DNA of 64,000 nucleotides from the human T2T-CHM13v2.0 reference genome, Homo sapiens: NCBI RefSeq assembly GCF_009914755.1, contig NC_060926.1; one strand, written 5' to 3'. Positions 1 through 15,381 of this stretch are shown piece after piece (within the stretch, counting starts at the first letter, position 1; every line of letters starts with the position of its first letter). The position numbers were made by a program, and so were the translations under genes. The notes below the pieces were generated by a model. It was not told where the DNA came from. It did no database searches and saw only the letters and a program-made list of their open reading frames with translations.

Positions 1-165
1 CCTCCCGAGTAGCTCGGATTACAGGTGCCCACCACCACACCCAGCTTAATTTTTGTATTTTTAGTAGAGACGGGGTTTCACCAGGTTGTGGTCTCGAACT
101 CCTGACCTCAGGTGATCCACCCGCCTCAGGCTCCCAAAGTGCTGGGATTATAGGCGTGAGCCACA
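1..165 (-). mobile_element. Alu (partial, window edge)
   Basis: Reverse Alu consensus. Confidence 0.92.
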
Positions 166-2227
166 ACCTCCTATTTTTCTTATTGAGAATGGCAGGTTTT
201 TTCTTTTACTCATCTGGCTGAATAAGAGAGAACAGTTTATTTTTGTTTTTAATTGATTTAACTCATTATAGCAAAGACTAATCATAAGTACTAGCAGAAT
301 AACAGAAGCTTAATTTCTGCTACTCAGAGTTACATTTGTATATTTTTATGCCTATCAAGGATTGGAGGCTTCTTAGAAGTGTATACTGCTCCTTCTCTCC
401 CCATGTCTATTAATTCATTCTATTTCATTCAGAAAATCCTTATAGGAACTATTCTAGAAACTAAGTATAGCAGTGAACAAACAGATAAAGTCCTACCCTC
501 ATGGGGCTTCCATCCAATACAATAACATATAAGGATATAAATAAAAATTAGATCCAGGGAAACTATAGTTAGTGCAAGAAAGTAAGGACAATAAATTATA
601 TTCATTTTTTAGAAATAACCCTTTAAAAATGTAAAAAATCATACTTAACTTGCAGACCACACAAAAACACCCATGGGTTGCATATGGCCTGTGAATCATT
701 GTTAAACCCTGAGGTATAACATTAACACATATACACAATCACTCAGCCCCTCATTTTCCCTTTTGGTCCCTAAGTAAAGTTGGTTAGTGGATGACAACCA
801 CAACTACATTTCATTATATATTAAGTTTTTAAAAGACAAGATACAGTTATGTAAATACCTATGCTTAGGTGGCAATCTAAAACTTATTTATATGTGTTTC
901 TTTGATTGAAAACTTTTGCTTTTTAATGCCAATGCTAATATTCTTCAAGTAAAGATAAAAGGTCTAAATAGAATTCTGAAACATTTAACAGGAGTACAAT
1001 AATCCTTTACTAGAAAGAATTAGAAAAGCACTGCAGGCATATAACAATATCAATCATCTCATAGGCAGTCACAAACTAGAGATAAGTGAAAGGGGTCTCT
1101 AGTATAAATAGCTGCCATAAAGCATATTTGCTCCTTTGGTGATGTTTCACAAGTTTTAATTCAGGAATCATTTGATTTATGTTAGTAATGTAATACCTAC
1201 ATATGTGTGTATATGTGTGAATATTTATCTACCTATTTCTCTAAAAGACTTCTGATTACCTACAAGTGAGATAAGGTTACTTATACAAATAAATAACAAA
1301 GAGTAATGTTTTACAATGAGTGAGCAAATATTAAAAGCAGAAACAAGAATTATTTGTTCTGCTAGTAACGGAAACAGAAAAAACATCTGCCTCTTTGGGA
1401 CATACACACTTTAATGGTTGTAGATGGCAACACAATACTGAAATATGATATGCATTGTAATCATAAACATATGGCATTTTAGGAAAAAGGAAAATCAATA
1501 ATTTTTTAAGAAGAGATCCAAAAAGATTCTTTAGAAATCTTAGTTTTGCTACTTGAAAAAGAACGTAAGATTTAGTTACATACATTTCTGAAGAACACAG
1601 CATCTCTTAACAAAGAAGTTGTTATTGTCTATAAAATTTACAGAACTTAACCTATTAAATTTTCCTATAACATCAATACTTTGGTTACATAGGAGAACAG
1701 TTCAAATCAAACCTGTTTATGCCACAGCAAGAAAAAATATCTAGTGTTAATAGTTACAGTTTATGTCAAATTTGTAGTTTTGGACAATAAGAAAACAAGA
1801 TACAATTTCATTCTTCTCACTATAAGGTTCTAATATTATTTTTCTGGTTATATAACTATTTTCCAAAGTCATAACTCTATAAACTTCTTCAATCAGGAAA
1901 TAGAGAGTAAAGGAAATTTCTCAAAGCAGTATTCAGTTTCACTGTCCTAAAATCAACAGAAAAAGATGTTTTCTTTAAAAAGAATTGTGACCAACATATA
2001 TGGACACCCACAGAAATATTTGCAGGTGTCCTGAACAGAAACACTGCTCTATTATGTTTATTTTTGTATCAATACTTGTATACTGAGCTACCTTTTCCTG
2101 AGGCTTTTGATACATCTTTGGAATAACAACATGACCAGAGTAATATTTTTTAAATAAGCCGTAAGTTACACTGTACTTTTCTGTTTAAAGATGACAGAGT
2201 GCTGAATAATAAAAACAACACACATAC

Positions 2228-2377
2228 CGGAGTTTCTGTAGTGGATGTGGCTGGCTGTTGTAATGACTGCGGTCGAGATTCCTCTGACTGAGTCCTAACC
2301 AATCCGCTACCATGACCTTTGACAGTATCACCATTGGTAACTGGAGGATGTTGCTGGGTCAAAGCAGCTTTTAATCT
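2228..2377 (-). CDS. ATF2: ATF2 exon RLKAALTQQHPPVTNGDTVKGHGSGLVRTQSEESRPQSLQQPATSTTETP (aa 277-326)
   Basis: 150 nt, ttgcag| acceptor, CCG|gtatgt donor. Also contained in ORF-track entry 2150..2395. Confidence 0.97.
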
Positions 2378-3882
2378 CTGCAATGCAAACACCATTAAAA
2401 ATTTTTTTTAAGTCCTTAAAGATCATCATGAATATCAACAAGACAAACAATAGCACCTTGGGTAGTTTCCCTGAGTCCTTTTGCCTAGTACTACTAGAGG
2501 ATTCTGTATTTTGCTGTTCCTAGTGAATTTTGAGAAAATAATAATAAAGGCCTTAAAAATGTAACATCATGTCATTGTCCAAGTAAGCACTGGCACCAAA
2601 CCTGCAAACAGAGATCAAATGGGCCCAAACTGAGCCTCCTCCAAGAACCTACAGCTGGGTTTGTCTCTCTTAGGTTTTCCCTGTCCCCAGTAAGCAGATC
2701 TAGTTCTCTTTTGCTGTTGCAGGTTTGCCAGTTAATTATTGGATTGTACTGGACTCACATTCAGAGCATGACAGACCTAGTATTAGAATGAGGCCCTAGA
2801 TATTTATGTCTACCACTTTATCAAGCAACAATTTGAATGAAGCTTATTATGCTATCAATAAAAATTTGTCATATGCAACTATTTTATCTCCCAACCAGTT
2901 AGTAAGCTCTCTAAGAGCAGAGATTATCTTATACTTTTGGGTATTCCTTTTAGCAACTGATATAATGATTTGCTACATAGGTACAAAACAAACATATCTG
3001 TTAACTGATAGAAATTGGTTTCTTTAGTGAAAATGGTCATATGTGATCTTTAAGGTGGTTTTGTTATGATCTGTAAATATGAAATAATTTGCACAGATAA
3101 TCAGACCACAGTATCTCAGCAATGAAAGGGACTTCAGGGATCCAACAGACCTGAGACTATTATTGCTGATACTGTTCTTAATAACTGAGATGTAGTTCTT
3201 GGGCCCCAAATACATATTATTACAGGAATTGGAGTCAGAGTTATGTATATTACACTTTCCTAAGATTCTTATAGAGGTGCATCTTTGAGGGGATGGAGGC
3301 TAATAAGAGAGTGAGAGCGAGTGCAACTGAGAGACAAAAGAGAGATAGAGATGTGAGAACCATGTTGCAGCCTACCCAGTGCTTCCCAAACTTCTTAGAA
3401 ATACATAACTGTCTGGGGTGTTAAGTGTTAAGAACACATATTCTTGGCAATCTTTTCCTTTCTTCCTTCCCTGAGTACAGCAGAAAGGGGTGAGTGAGAG
3501 AAGAGCTTTTAAAAAAGACCCCCAAATAATACCAGTACAAGTATTTCCATTCACTTCAACTAAGAACAATTCAGAAATTTTTATAACTATTTCAAAACTT
3601 GTAATTTCTTCCTTTTCATCTAGGCCTATCTTCTTACTGTCTATCATATGTGATCCAGATCCCATAAAAACTGAAGCATATATGAAAAGATCACCGGAAT
3701 TTCAACTGAGGCAGTAATTATGCGTGAACAAATGTTAGTGGACATTTTCTCTCTCTTGTGAATCACCGTATATTCTGGGTGTGATTTTTAAAATAAAGTC
3801 AATTTGTAAAAAGAAAAGTTTTTTCTTGAGATATAAGTTACACATAGCAAGTTAACTCTGTTTAGTGTACAATCCTATTAAA

Positions 3883-4186
3883 TTTCTTTTTTTTTTTTTT
3901 TTTTTCAAGAGGGAGTCTCGCCTGTCGCCCAGGCTGGAGGGCAGTGGCATGATCTTAGCTCACTGCAACCTTCACCTTCACGGTTCAAGCAATTCTCCTG
4001 CCTTAGCCTCCTGAGGAGCTGGGATTACAGGTGCATGCCACCACGACCGGCTCATTTTTGTATTTTTAATAGAGACAGGGTTTTGCCATGTTGGCCAGGC
4101 TGGTCTTGAACTCCTGACCTCAAGTGATCCACCCTCCTCGGCTCCTAAAGTTCTGGGATTACAGGTGTGAGCCATCGTGCCTGGCC
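3883..4186 (-). mobile_element. Alu (AluS-like)
   Basis: Poly(T) plus full reverse Alu; TSD ctattaaattt/ctattgaattt. Confidence 0.95.
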
Positions 4187-5239
4187 TCTATTGAATTTTA
4201 ACAAACAAATACACTCATGCAACCTACCCTACAATCAGGATACACAGCAGTTTTACCACAATAAAATCCTCATGCCCTTTCCTGTCATACTCTCCTTCTA
4301 CTCCCTGGCCCTGGAAACGACTGATCTGTTTTCTGATCCCAAGAGTTTTGTCTCTTCCAGAAGATCACATACTTGGAAACATACATTGTATAGCCTTTTG
4401 AATCTGGCTTCTTTCTCTTAGCACAATGCAGTTGAGATTCACCTGTGTTGTTGTATTATCTGTAGTTTTTTAATGAGTTTTTAATTGTATAGTATCCCCA
4501 TTTTACACTTTAGGAAACCAGATATCATTTGCTCAAGGATGCAGAGCTGTTAAGCTAGTTCAAATCCTGGATATAAACCCAGATCTCTTTAATTTCAAGT
4601 GCAAAATATTTCCACAGCACCATGCTGCATACTTTATCCTTGGTGCTACCAGAAAACACAGGGAAAACTCAAGACAGAGAGTCTGAAACTTTGTGGCTTA
4701 ATGATTCAAAAAACAATCATAAGGATTTAGAGTGCCAAACCTGTTACTGCAACTGCTAAGCCAGGATCTGGCATGTTTTCTCCCTCTTTTCTGACAGACT
4801 ACTTCTTTATGAATTATAAAAAGTACCACTTATGTAATATCCTAGTGCTTTCACTGATTAGAACATGCAATGTACTATGGTCTTATAAAGCTGAGAATAC
4901 ACTTTAGGTTCAGAACCTAACTCTACCTCAAACTATCTGTGACTTTGAACAAATCATTGATCTTTGAGTCTCAATTTCTTTACCTATAAAACTGGGAATA
5001 ATAACTTCCTTGCAGAGTTGAATTGAAAAATAAATATAACATGTAAAACTATCTGACTCGTAAAAGAATTTTTCAGATGTCAGTTTCCTTATTTCTTTTA
5101 AGAATACTACTGAGGCCTCTATTTTCTTAGCACGGAGGTCCAAAGAATCAGGATAGTTCCTATGTTTCTGAATTTTCAAAATATCCCTAAGGGTCATCTT
5201 AAGCATTGGTTTGATCCCAGACATATTTTATATATGAGA

Positions 5240-5831
5240 TGTAAAAAGTAAAGTAGAGGTTCCTCTTCAAAGACTCTCCTCCCCATCTAATTAGGAATAA
5301 ATAGTAACTTCTCTTAGAAGCAAAATTTATTCAAAGACCTGTGCTAACATTCAAATATCTGCTAGCCGTAATAAAGAAATCAATGTACTTTATGTTCTTA
5401 GCTCCCACAATTTACCTACATATTTGCCCTGGCATGCGTATACTGGTCCAAGTAAGCATTAGGTCATAGCCTGTTCCTCTTCCTTATTTGAAGGTGTTTT
5501 TACCTTTCTTAGCATTCCACAAGTTACTTCCTCCTTCCTTTGTTCTCCTCTGCCTTTGCCTCTTTTAAAACTTCTAAGTTGCTAGCCAATCAGGACAAAT
5601 ACAGAATGTGAGGTCCCATTCCAGCCAATGGAAACTGGACACAGCAGTAGGGTGGATGCGTCAGGTTATAAATGACCCTGTCTCCTTTGTTCAGTGTACT
5701 CTCATGGGAAAACTGCTGGCGAGTGTACCCTTTCTGCAGAAAGTAAAAAAATTGGCCTTGCTGAGGAAATTAAATTTATGTTCAAGTGCTATTTCTTTAC
5801 AGCACCGGGGAACAAGTAAGCATTCCTAACA
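5240..5831 (+). mobile_element. Solo LTR, LTR10 family (LTR10E/G-like, HERV-I group)
   Basis: TG...CA termini, 4-bp TSD gaga/gaga, CCAAT boxes, TATAAA at 5667, ATTAAA at ~5769. The 5' end resembles the recalled LTR10 consensus. Confidence 0.8.
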
Positions 5832-7273
5832 GAGACATGCTCAAGACCATAAGAAAAACTGAATTTTTTAGAATCAAGATAAGATTCCTAGTTCCTTTTC
5901 TAAACAATCAGAAACAACTATATTAGTAGCTAAAACATAGGAAATTAGGACCCTAATTGATGGGATAATGTGGAAGTGGATGGATTAAAACTGAAATTAA
6001 ATGCGGGACTAAAGTAGTAGCTGGCTAGAACCAGATAGGAATACTTAGAAAAACGATCAAGAAGTATTTAAAGTAGAAAGACCTGAGTTGGAAAAGTGTG
6101 GGTCAGAACAAAGGGAGAGAGTCTTGGGAGGTCGCCAGTCTGCATATTTATATATTTTATAAATAGAATGTTAGACATCAAAATACAATGACTAGTACCC
6201 AGTCTATAGTGATAAATTGGGGCTTTCATTTCTAGTTTTAAAATGTGCACAAATATAACTAGAAGTAGAAATGTGAGGCTTAGTAAATTATGTGTTTGGA
6301 AAAGATTTTTAAGTCCTTAGGTAGAAATTATCATAGAATTGAAGAGCATTTAAAGTTTTACAGTGAAGAGCTTAACTCTCAGAATTAATGAAATACAGTA
6401 ACTGCACATAGGGGAGCCTGAAGTACATAAACATCACTCTCTTGAATAATCTTTAGTAGGGCAAGTTACTACCTTATAAAGCACTTAAAAGCAGCATCAG
6501 TATTCATTCATTATCCTTCCTTGACTGCCCTAGGGTATACAGTACTCATCCAGTGAGGAAGCTCTAATGTTTGCTCCATGCTGTTACATTGATTACAATG
6601 GGTCTGACTTGAAAAGTATGCCAGTGGGTATACAACAGAAGAAAAAGATTTTAAGGGTTAATTAACACTGTTCTAAACTGTCCATTAATTTTTCTAAAAC
6701 TACAACAAAAATGCACACACGCTAAAAAAATTAGACTTAGGTCAAAAAAGCAGTCACTAAATATCATTCATATAAATTTTACAATTAATGTAAGGATATC
6801 TACAATCCAGCCATACATATTTGTTAGGAGCATTTGAAGAAGGCCAAATACTTTGGTTTAAAAAAAAAATCAATGAAAACAAATGTAATGAACATTTATT
6901 TTACAATAGAATTTTGGAGCTAGCAGAGATAATGAAAGTCAATTAGTCCAATCACCATCTTACAGATACAGAAACTCCAAAAAACTGAAGTTACTTCCCA
7001 GAATCAAAGTTAGCAGAGATAAAACCAGAAACTCTATTTGTTGACTCCCAGTTCACCAAACATATTCTAAACAAAAGCTTTGCCAAACTGGAGCTCTAGT
7101 CTAATGTTAAATTTTCTAAATCTATTAGTAATCAATTAAGTTAAGCATCTGATATTGGTCAGTCCATTACTAAGATCAAAAATCTCTCTCAATAGACAAA
7201 TTTAATATATGTAAATAAGGATTAAGTACTCTAAGAAGTAAAGATTGAGCACTCATAAAAATTAAAGATTTAA

Positions 7274-7557
7274 GGTGGGGTGTGATGGCTTATGCCTGTA
7301 ATCTCAGCACTTTGGGAGGCCAAGGCAGGACTCCTTGAGCCCAGGAGTTCCACACCAGCCTGGGCAATATGGTAAAACTCCATTTCTACAAAAAACTTAA
7401 AAATTAGCCAGGTGTGGTGGTGCATGCCTGTAGTCCCAACTACTCAGGAGGCTGAGGCAGGAGGTTTGCTTGAGCCCAGAAGTTTGAGGCTGCAGTGAGC
7501 TCTGGCCTGGGTAACAGAGCAAGACCCTGACTCAAAAAAAAGAGGAAAAAAAAAAAA
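7274..7557 (+). mobile_element. Alu (AluJ-like, with internal deletions)
   Basis: Alu consensus with gagcccaggag J-type motifs and A tail. Confidence 0.92.
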
Positions 7558-10500
7558 GGAGGACTTTATAAGGTCTATATTATCCAACATGTACAAGAAA
7601 ACTTAGGCATAATTTTAATTTAAAGTAAAGGTAGACTTTGTTTGATAAACAAAAATGTCTTCATTATGTTTCTATGAAACAGACCAGTATTTTAATGTTT
7701 AATTTTCAGTGATGTAAAGTTCAACTACTATACTGAAAACTCTTTTTCTTAGAGAGATATAGATTGTTTCAATTAATTAAAGGATGAATAATTTGTTGTG
7801 CTGACCAATCTGACACATTCGCTTTAAGAGGTGATCTCCTAGAAATAATTGTCATTCAAGTTCTATGTTGCACCCTTGAAAATAAATTTTATCACATCTG
7901 TCAGAACTTAGTAGTAGGAACAAAGTACTCCATCACAGTTCAAAGAAAAAAGATAATGTTCTCTAGAAACAATTTATGAAAAAGTCAGATCCATATTTCA
8001 TATGTGCCACAAAAGCTCATCAGAGTAATAACCCTCCTTCTCCTGGGTGTTATCCTACCATCTGCTGCTCTATTACTTATCTTTATTTTGCAACTAATTA
8101 ACAGCATAATCTTCTAAATTCAGCAAGTTAATTATCATTATTGTGGTCTTTGCAGCATCATCAGTCCTCATGAAATCTTGTCACCCCACCCCCAGAGAAC
8201 ATATGAAAATCAAGTAGGTTGAGAGAGGGTCTGTTTCTTTGGAGTGGGCTCATTAGGTATTTGCTGATTAGCTCGGCATGCAGAGGCAGGTCAGAAGAAT
8301 TCTGCTGAACATGAGGTTCCATGCAGGGCCCAACCAAGTTAATGTAGGTTTCTGAACATTTGCCAAGATGCCCTCTGTCAGCTTTCAGTAGAAACCCCCT
8401 GCAGAAAACCTACTGGCTACCCACTGTGTGCAAAGATATTTCTCAGTTTGTCACACATCTTAAAAAAAAAAAAAAAAAAGATTCTGGAGGATACTATTTA
8501 AATACTTTACTAAATCTTAAAATTCCCAGATGATTAACATTTTCTTATTCAGAAGAGCTGCTTTTTGATTACAAATATTACAAAAGAAAATTGTTTTATT
8601 AGAAGAGTAATATGATTTACGGGCTTAACGACAAACAAAACCCTGAAACCAAAATTTAGTGACAACTAGTCTAATTCTGTAGAAAATTATATCCTGGGAA
8701 TTTTTCTGTTGTATTAAAAAGTACTATATAGTCTTTCATTTTTCGGTCCCTATCGACATTTAACACATGCTTACTTTTCCAAAGGCTTAAAGTTCTTAAA
8801 AATTAAAAAATACAAGCTTACTCTGAAGACTTTTTTTTTTTTTTAGCAGAAAAGAAAGATCTTATTTCAGTATTCACAGCACACACAAACACAATGCATA
8901 CATAATATCTTCCTGGAAAGGCACTGAACATCTGAAAATCAGAGAATTACAAAAACATCCTATGTTAGCATACAAAGTAAACTTCTCTTTAGCTGTAGTG
9001 TGCTACTCATTCTTCCATGTTCCAATCCCATTATTTTTAACCACAGGTCATTTTAGCAGAATCACTACTGCTACAATATACAGCATGTTATTAACAGATT
9101 GTGATCATAAAGGTCTAATAAATTCTTGAGAGAGATGCAGAACCCCAAAAGGATGATGTTTAAAATACTTTCAAAGATCTGAAAACAACAAAGTAAAATC
9201 CAACAAAAGCAGTAAAAGAAGAAATTACAAGTTTTAAGGTGGTGGCAGGGTGGGGGGGGCGGTGCGCAAACAGGTGAAGAGTCAGAAAAATCACTTAATG
9301 TGTAACATGAATCTAGGGAATGTGAGCTGGGAACCACTTATTTGGAGAATGTGGACTTGGAGTTCTATCTTTAAGGCATGAAAGAATCAAGTTCTGTGAC
9401 CATTTATCTGGTCATTAAGAAAGCTCTGTGCACTGGGATACGAACCCATCTTCAATGTTCTTCAGTTGGGATGACAGAATTGTTTATATGGTGAGTCTTC
9501 TTAAGCCCACTGAAGCTTAAAAAAGTAAACCAATACCACTGACATTTTAATTTCAAACTTAAATTTCAAATAAACTATACCTATTTGGTATTTTACGTTC
9601 TACAAGTATAATCTAATCTAACTTGCCAAGCGGAATAACACGTTACCCTTGGACTTTAAGTGAAAATGTTTAATTAAGAGATTGACTTGGGCCTGTGATT
9701 TTAGTTGTTAAGTGCTGAGATAATGGGCCTGTGATTTTAGTTGTAAGTGCTGAGATAATCTTAAGTAAGCTTCTAAATAATTAATGAATATTTAAGAAAA
9801 CTATGTATCACTAAGTTTAGTTAAATTTAAGAATTATTTAAGTACTTAAGAAAGACAATTGAGAGAATTATTGAGTACATAGCTTTACATGTATATAGCT
9901 TAGCGTGTTTAAGATTATATTTTAAGCTCTTTAAAAGCAATCATTACATAACTGTACATGTAAATTGCCTTGAGAACTTAGGAAAGCACTAGGTTTTTAA
10001 ACTTGTAATCTTAATAAATCTTATATTATTTTTTAAAAGTAGTCCCTGAATAATCATTATGTGTACAAGTCACCATCAAGGGCATTAAAATCTGCCCCCC
10101 CCCCAAAAAAATATGAAATCAAAACCCAAAACAAAATAGCTCATTGATAAAATACAATCCTAATTGCTACACATGCTGGAAAAGAAAACCATAATGGTCT
10201 TCTTAGAAGAACATTCTTTTTTGACTCTCCTGATGGCTACTGAACACATTTGCAAGAAAAATCTCAAAATTTAAGATCATGTCTATTGAATTTCTTAGAA
10301 CCCAAGAAATGTTTGCCATGTAACAATTGATAGAAATAGCTGTTAAATGATGTTGTTAATATAAAAAGAATATTGAAGTGTGAAATAATTTCTATGCAAC
10401 AAAAAAATTCAAGTAACCAGAATTCCCTTATCCAGTACACTGACATTTTAAGTTACCAGTTCAGGTTACTGTACCAGCATAGCAATATCTACTGTTTCAC

Positions 10501-11032
10501 AAATGAGCTGAAATAAATAGCTATGATCTATTAGAAAATGGAAATAAAGGAAAATCAAATATACCAAAGATGGTAAGTTCCCAAACCACAATGTAATTAA
10601 AATATAAATCAATATGAAAAAGATAAATAGAAAAGCCTTGAAATATTTGGAAATTATACAGTGCACTTCTAAATAACTCACAGGTCAAAGAAGAAATCAC
10701 AGGAGAAATTAAAAAAGTAATGACAATAAAAGTATAGCATATCAAAATTTGTGCACAGAGGAAATTTTATAGCTTTAAATGTCTATATTAGAAAAAAGAT
10801 TTAAATAGATAATCTAAGCTTCTACTTTAAGAAACCCAAAAAAGATAAGCAAATTAAGCTTAATTAAGTAGGAGAAAACAAATATTAAAGACAAAAGTAA
10901 GTCAATGGGAGTATAAACATACCATTAAGAAAAATAAAGGCAAGCTACACACTAAAAGAAAATAGACAGTAGAAATATACGTACCTCTCTCTCTAACAAA
11001 AACCTTATATCCAGTGTAAATAAAGAATTCCA

Positions 11033-11935
<903 letters not shown>

Positions 11936-12306
11936 ACACAATTTTTTAAATGGGCAAAAGACCTCACAACTAATGCCTGGCCAAAAAGGAAATGGAAATT
12001 AAAATTATGAGACACTGCTAAACAGCTCTAGAATGTCTATGATTAAAAAGACAGGGAGAACCAAATGTTGACAAGAATGTGGGAACAACTGGAATTCCCA
12101 CACGCTGCTGGTAGGAATGTAAACCTTTGGGTAAAGGTTTAGCAATTTCTTATAAAGTTAAATGTATACCTACCCTCTGACTCGGCGATTCTACTTTTAG
12201 CTGTTTAGTCAATAAAATGAAAATATATGGCCATGAAAGTTACATAAGAATGTGTATGAGACAGACAATTGCTGAGCAGATATCCTCATAGAAGTACGTT
12301 TTGTGG

Positions 12307-13978
12307 CTCCCTCTCCCTCTCCCTCTCCCCACGGTCTCCCTCTCCCTCTCCCCATGGTCTCCCTCTCCCTCTCTTTCCACGGTCTCCCTCTGATGCCGAG
12401 CCAAAGCTGGACTGTGCTGCCGCCATCTCTGCTCACTGCAACCTCCCTGCCTGATTCTCCTGCCACAGCAGGCCGAGTGCCTGCGATTGCAGGCGCGCGC
12501 CGCCACGCCTGACTGGTTTTCGTATTTTTTTTGGTGGAGACGGGGTTTCGCTGTGTTGGCCGGGCTGGTCTCCAGCTCCTAACCGCGAGTGATCTGCCAG
12601 CCTCGGCCCCCCGAGGTGCCAGGATTGCAGACGGAGTCTCGTTCACTCAGTGCTCAAAGGTGCTCAGGCTGGAGTGCAGTGGCGTGATCTCGGCTCGCTA
12701 CAACCTCCACCTCCCAGCCGCCTGCCTTGGCCTCCCAAAGTGCCGAGATTGCACCCTCTGCCCAGCCGCCACCCCGTCTGGGAAGTGAGGAGCGTCTCTG
12801 CCTGGCCGCCCATCGTCTGGGATGTGAGGAGCCCCTCTGCCCGGCTGCCCAGTCTGGGAAGTGAGGAGCGCCTCTTCCCGGCCGCCATCCCATCTAGGAA
12901 GTGAGGAGCGTCTCTGCCCAGCCGCCCATCGTCTCAGATGTGGGGAGCGCCTCTGCCCGGCCGCGACCCCGTCTGGGATGTGAGGAGCCCCGCCGCCCGG
13001 CAGCCGCCCCATCTGAGAAGTGAGGAGCCCCTCCGCCCAGCAGCCGCCCCGTCTGGGAAGCCAGGAGCGTCTCCGTCCGGCAGCCACCCCGTCCGGGAGG
13101 GAGGTGGGGGGTCAACCCCCGCCCGGCCAGCCGCCTCGTCCGGGAGGGAGGTGGGGGGTCAGCGTCCACCCGGCCAGCCGCCCCGTCCGGGAGGGAGGTG
13201 GGGGGTCAGCCCCCGCCCGGCCAGCAGCCCCGTCCGGGAGGGAGGTGGGGGGTCAGCCCCCGCCCGGCCAGCCGCCCCTTCCGGGAGGGAGGTGGGGGGT
13301 CAGCCCCCGCCCGGCCAGCCGCCCCATCCGGGAGGGAGGTGGGGGGCGCCTCCGCCCGGCCAGCCGACCCGTCCGGGAGGTGGGGGGCGCCTCTGCCCGG
13401 CCGCCCCTTCTGGGAAGTGAGGAGCCCCTTTGCCTGGCCACCACCCCATCTGGGAGGTGTACCCAACAGCTCATTGAGAACGGGCCATGATGACGATGGC
13501 GGTTTTGCGGAATAGAAAAGGGGGAAAGGTGGGGAAAAGATAGAGAAATCAGATTGTTGCTGTATCTGTGTAGAAAGTAGACATGGGAGACTTCACTTAG
13601 TTCTGTACTAAGAAAAATTCCTCTGCCTTGGGATGCTGTTGATCTATGACCTTACCCCCAATCATGTGCTCTCTGAAACTTGTGCTGTGTCCACTCAGGG
13701 TTAAATGGATTAAGGGCGGTGCAAGATGTGCTTTGTTAAACAGATGCATGAAGGCAGCATGCTCGTTAAGAGTCATCACCACTCCCTAATCTCAAGTACC
13801 CAGGGACACAAACACTGCGGAAGGCCGCAGGGTCCTCTGCATAGGAAAACCAGAGACCTTTGTTCACTTGTTTATGTGCTGACCTTCCCTCCACTATTGT
13901 CCTATGACCCTGCCAAATTCCCCTCTGTGAGAAACACCCAAGAATGATCAATAAAAAAAAAAAAAAAAAAAAAAAAAA
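12307..13978 (+). mobile_element. Full-length SVA retrotransposon, antisense to ATF2
   Basis: (CCCTCT)n hexamer from 12307, Alu-like domain, GC-rich VNTR (~12770-13450), SINE-R, AATAAA at 13950 and poly(A). 13-bp TSD aagaatgtgtatg (12246-12258) / aagactgtgtatg (13977-13989). Confidence 0.97.
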
Positions 13979-14839
13979 GACTGTGTATGGTAGCTTTATT
14001 CACAATAGCTAAACACTAGAAACCATTAAAGTGTCCATGAGCAGGAGAATGGACAAAGAAATTGTGGTATATTCACACAATGGAATACCACTCAGCAATA
14101 AAAAGAAGCAAACTGTGATCACTCAACAACATGGATAAATCTGAGACATGCTGAGCTGGACATAAGAGTATAAAGTGGCTATTTATATGAAATTCTATAA
14201 CTAATCTATGGTTACAAACATCAGAATAGATGGAGTGGACTGATCGGAAAGAGAGAAACTTTTATTCTTTTTAATTTAATTTCCTGATGACCTAAAAGAA
14301 ACAGTTATTCAGGTTAAGTGTAAAGTTTAACAGTTTCTAAAAATATGGCCTACTCTTGTAAATAAAGGTATTTCTTAAAACTGGATTTGTTCCTTTTGAA
14401 TTAATTTATAGAAAAAAGTCCAATGAATATGTAAAAATACTTTTAGATGCAGTACACAATAACAGGATCTCCTTTTAATATCTATATCTGCTCTATTCAG
14501 TTCCCACTGCATGGTAAATTAAATTGAATTTTTCATCAATCAGTATACTAAAATAGGAAGTGCAAAAAATGCCCCTGGTGAAGCTCTTCTGCTATCAAGT
14601 GAAGAAGATTCATCTTAGTATTTCCAAAGCTCTGACCTGAACATACTATGATGTGAAAAATTTCCTCCTTGGGTTTTTAGGGTCTTCTCTAACAATCAAT
14701 AACCACCTAATTTTTATACTCTTCAACCAACTGCTGTTCATTCAGATAATATGTAAGTTTTATTGCTAAAACAGGGTGTCCTGTGCAAATTTCTGACTGA
14801 TTGTCTGCACTAATGGAGAATAGCAGTAAAAATTTTTCA

Positions 14840-15224
<385 letters not shown>

Positions 15225-15381
15225 CTAATAACTACTAATCTATTGATTTCCTAAGGATACATTAATTAATTGCTGTTGTTAGCCCTATTATGATATAGAA
15301 CGTTAACATCTACCCAATTAATCGATGTTATTAATTAACTGACATTATTGTATTATAACACAGCAAGGAGAATTACACTGA

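Noticed and set aside
9236-9270. G-rich patch ggtggtggcagggtggggggggcgg (possible G-quadruplex)
   Set aside because: Does not have four clean G3 tracts, and nothing in the context supports a function.
12770-13450. Regularly repeated ~40-50 bp GC-rich units that resemble a CRISPR-like or novel array
   Set aside because: This is the SVA VNTR. There are no unique spacers and the context is eukaryotic.
12209-13951. Cluster of overlapping 60-160 aa ORFs on both strands
   Set aside because: All lie in the GC-rich, stop-poor SVA Alu-like, VNTR and SINE-R domains. The repetitive Gly/Pro/Arg translations are not genes.
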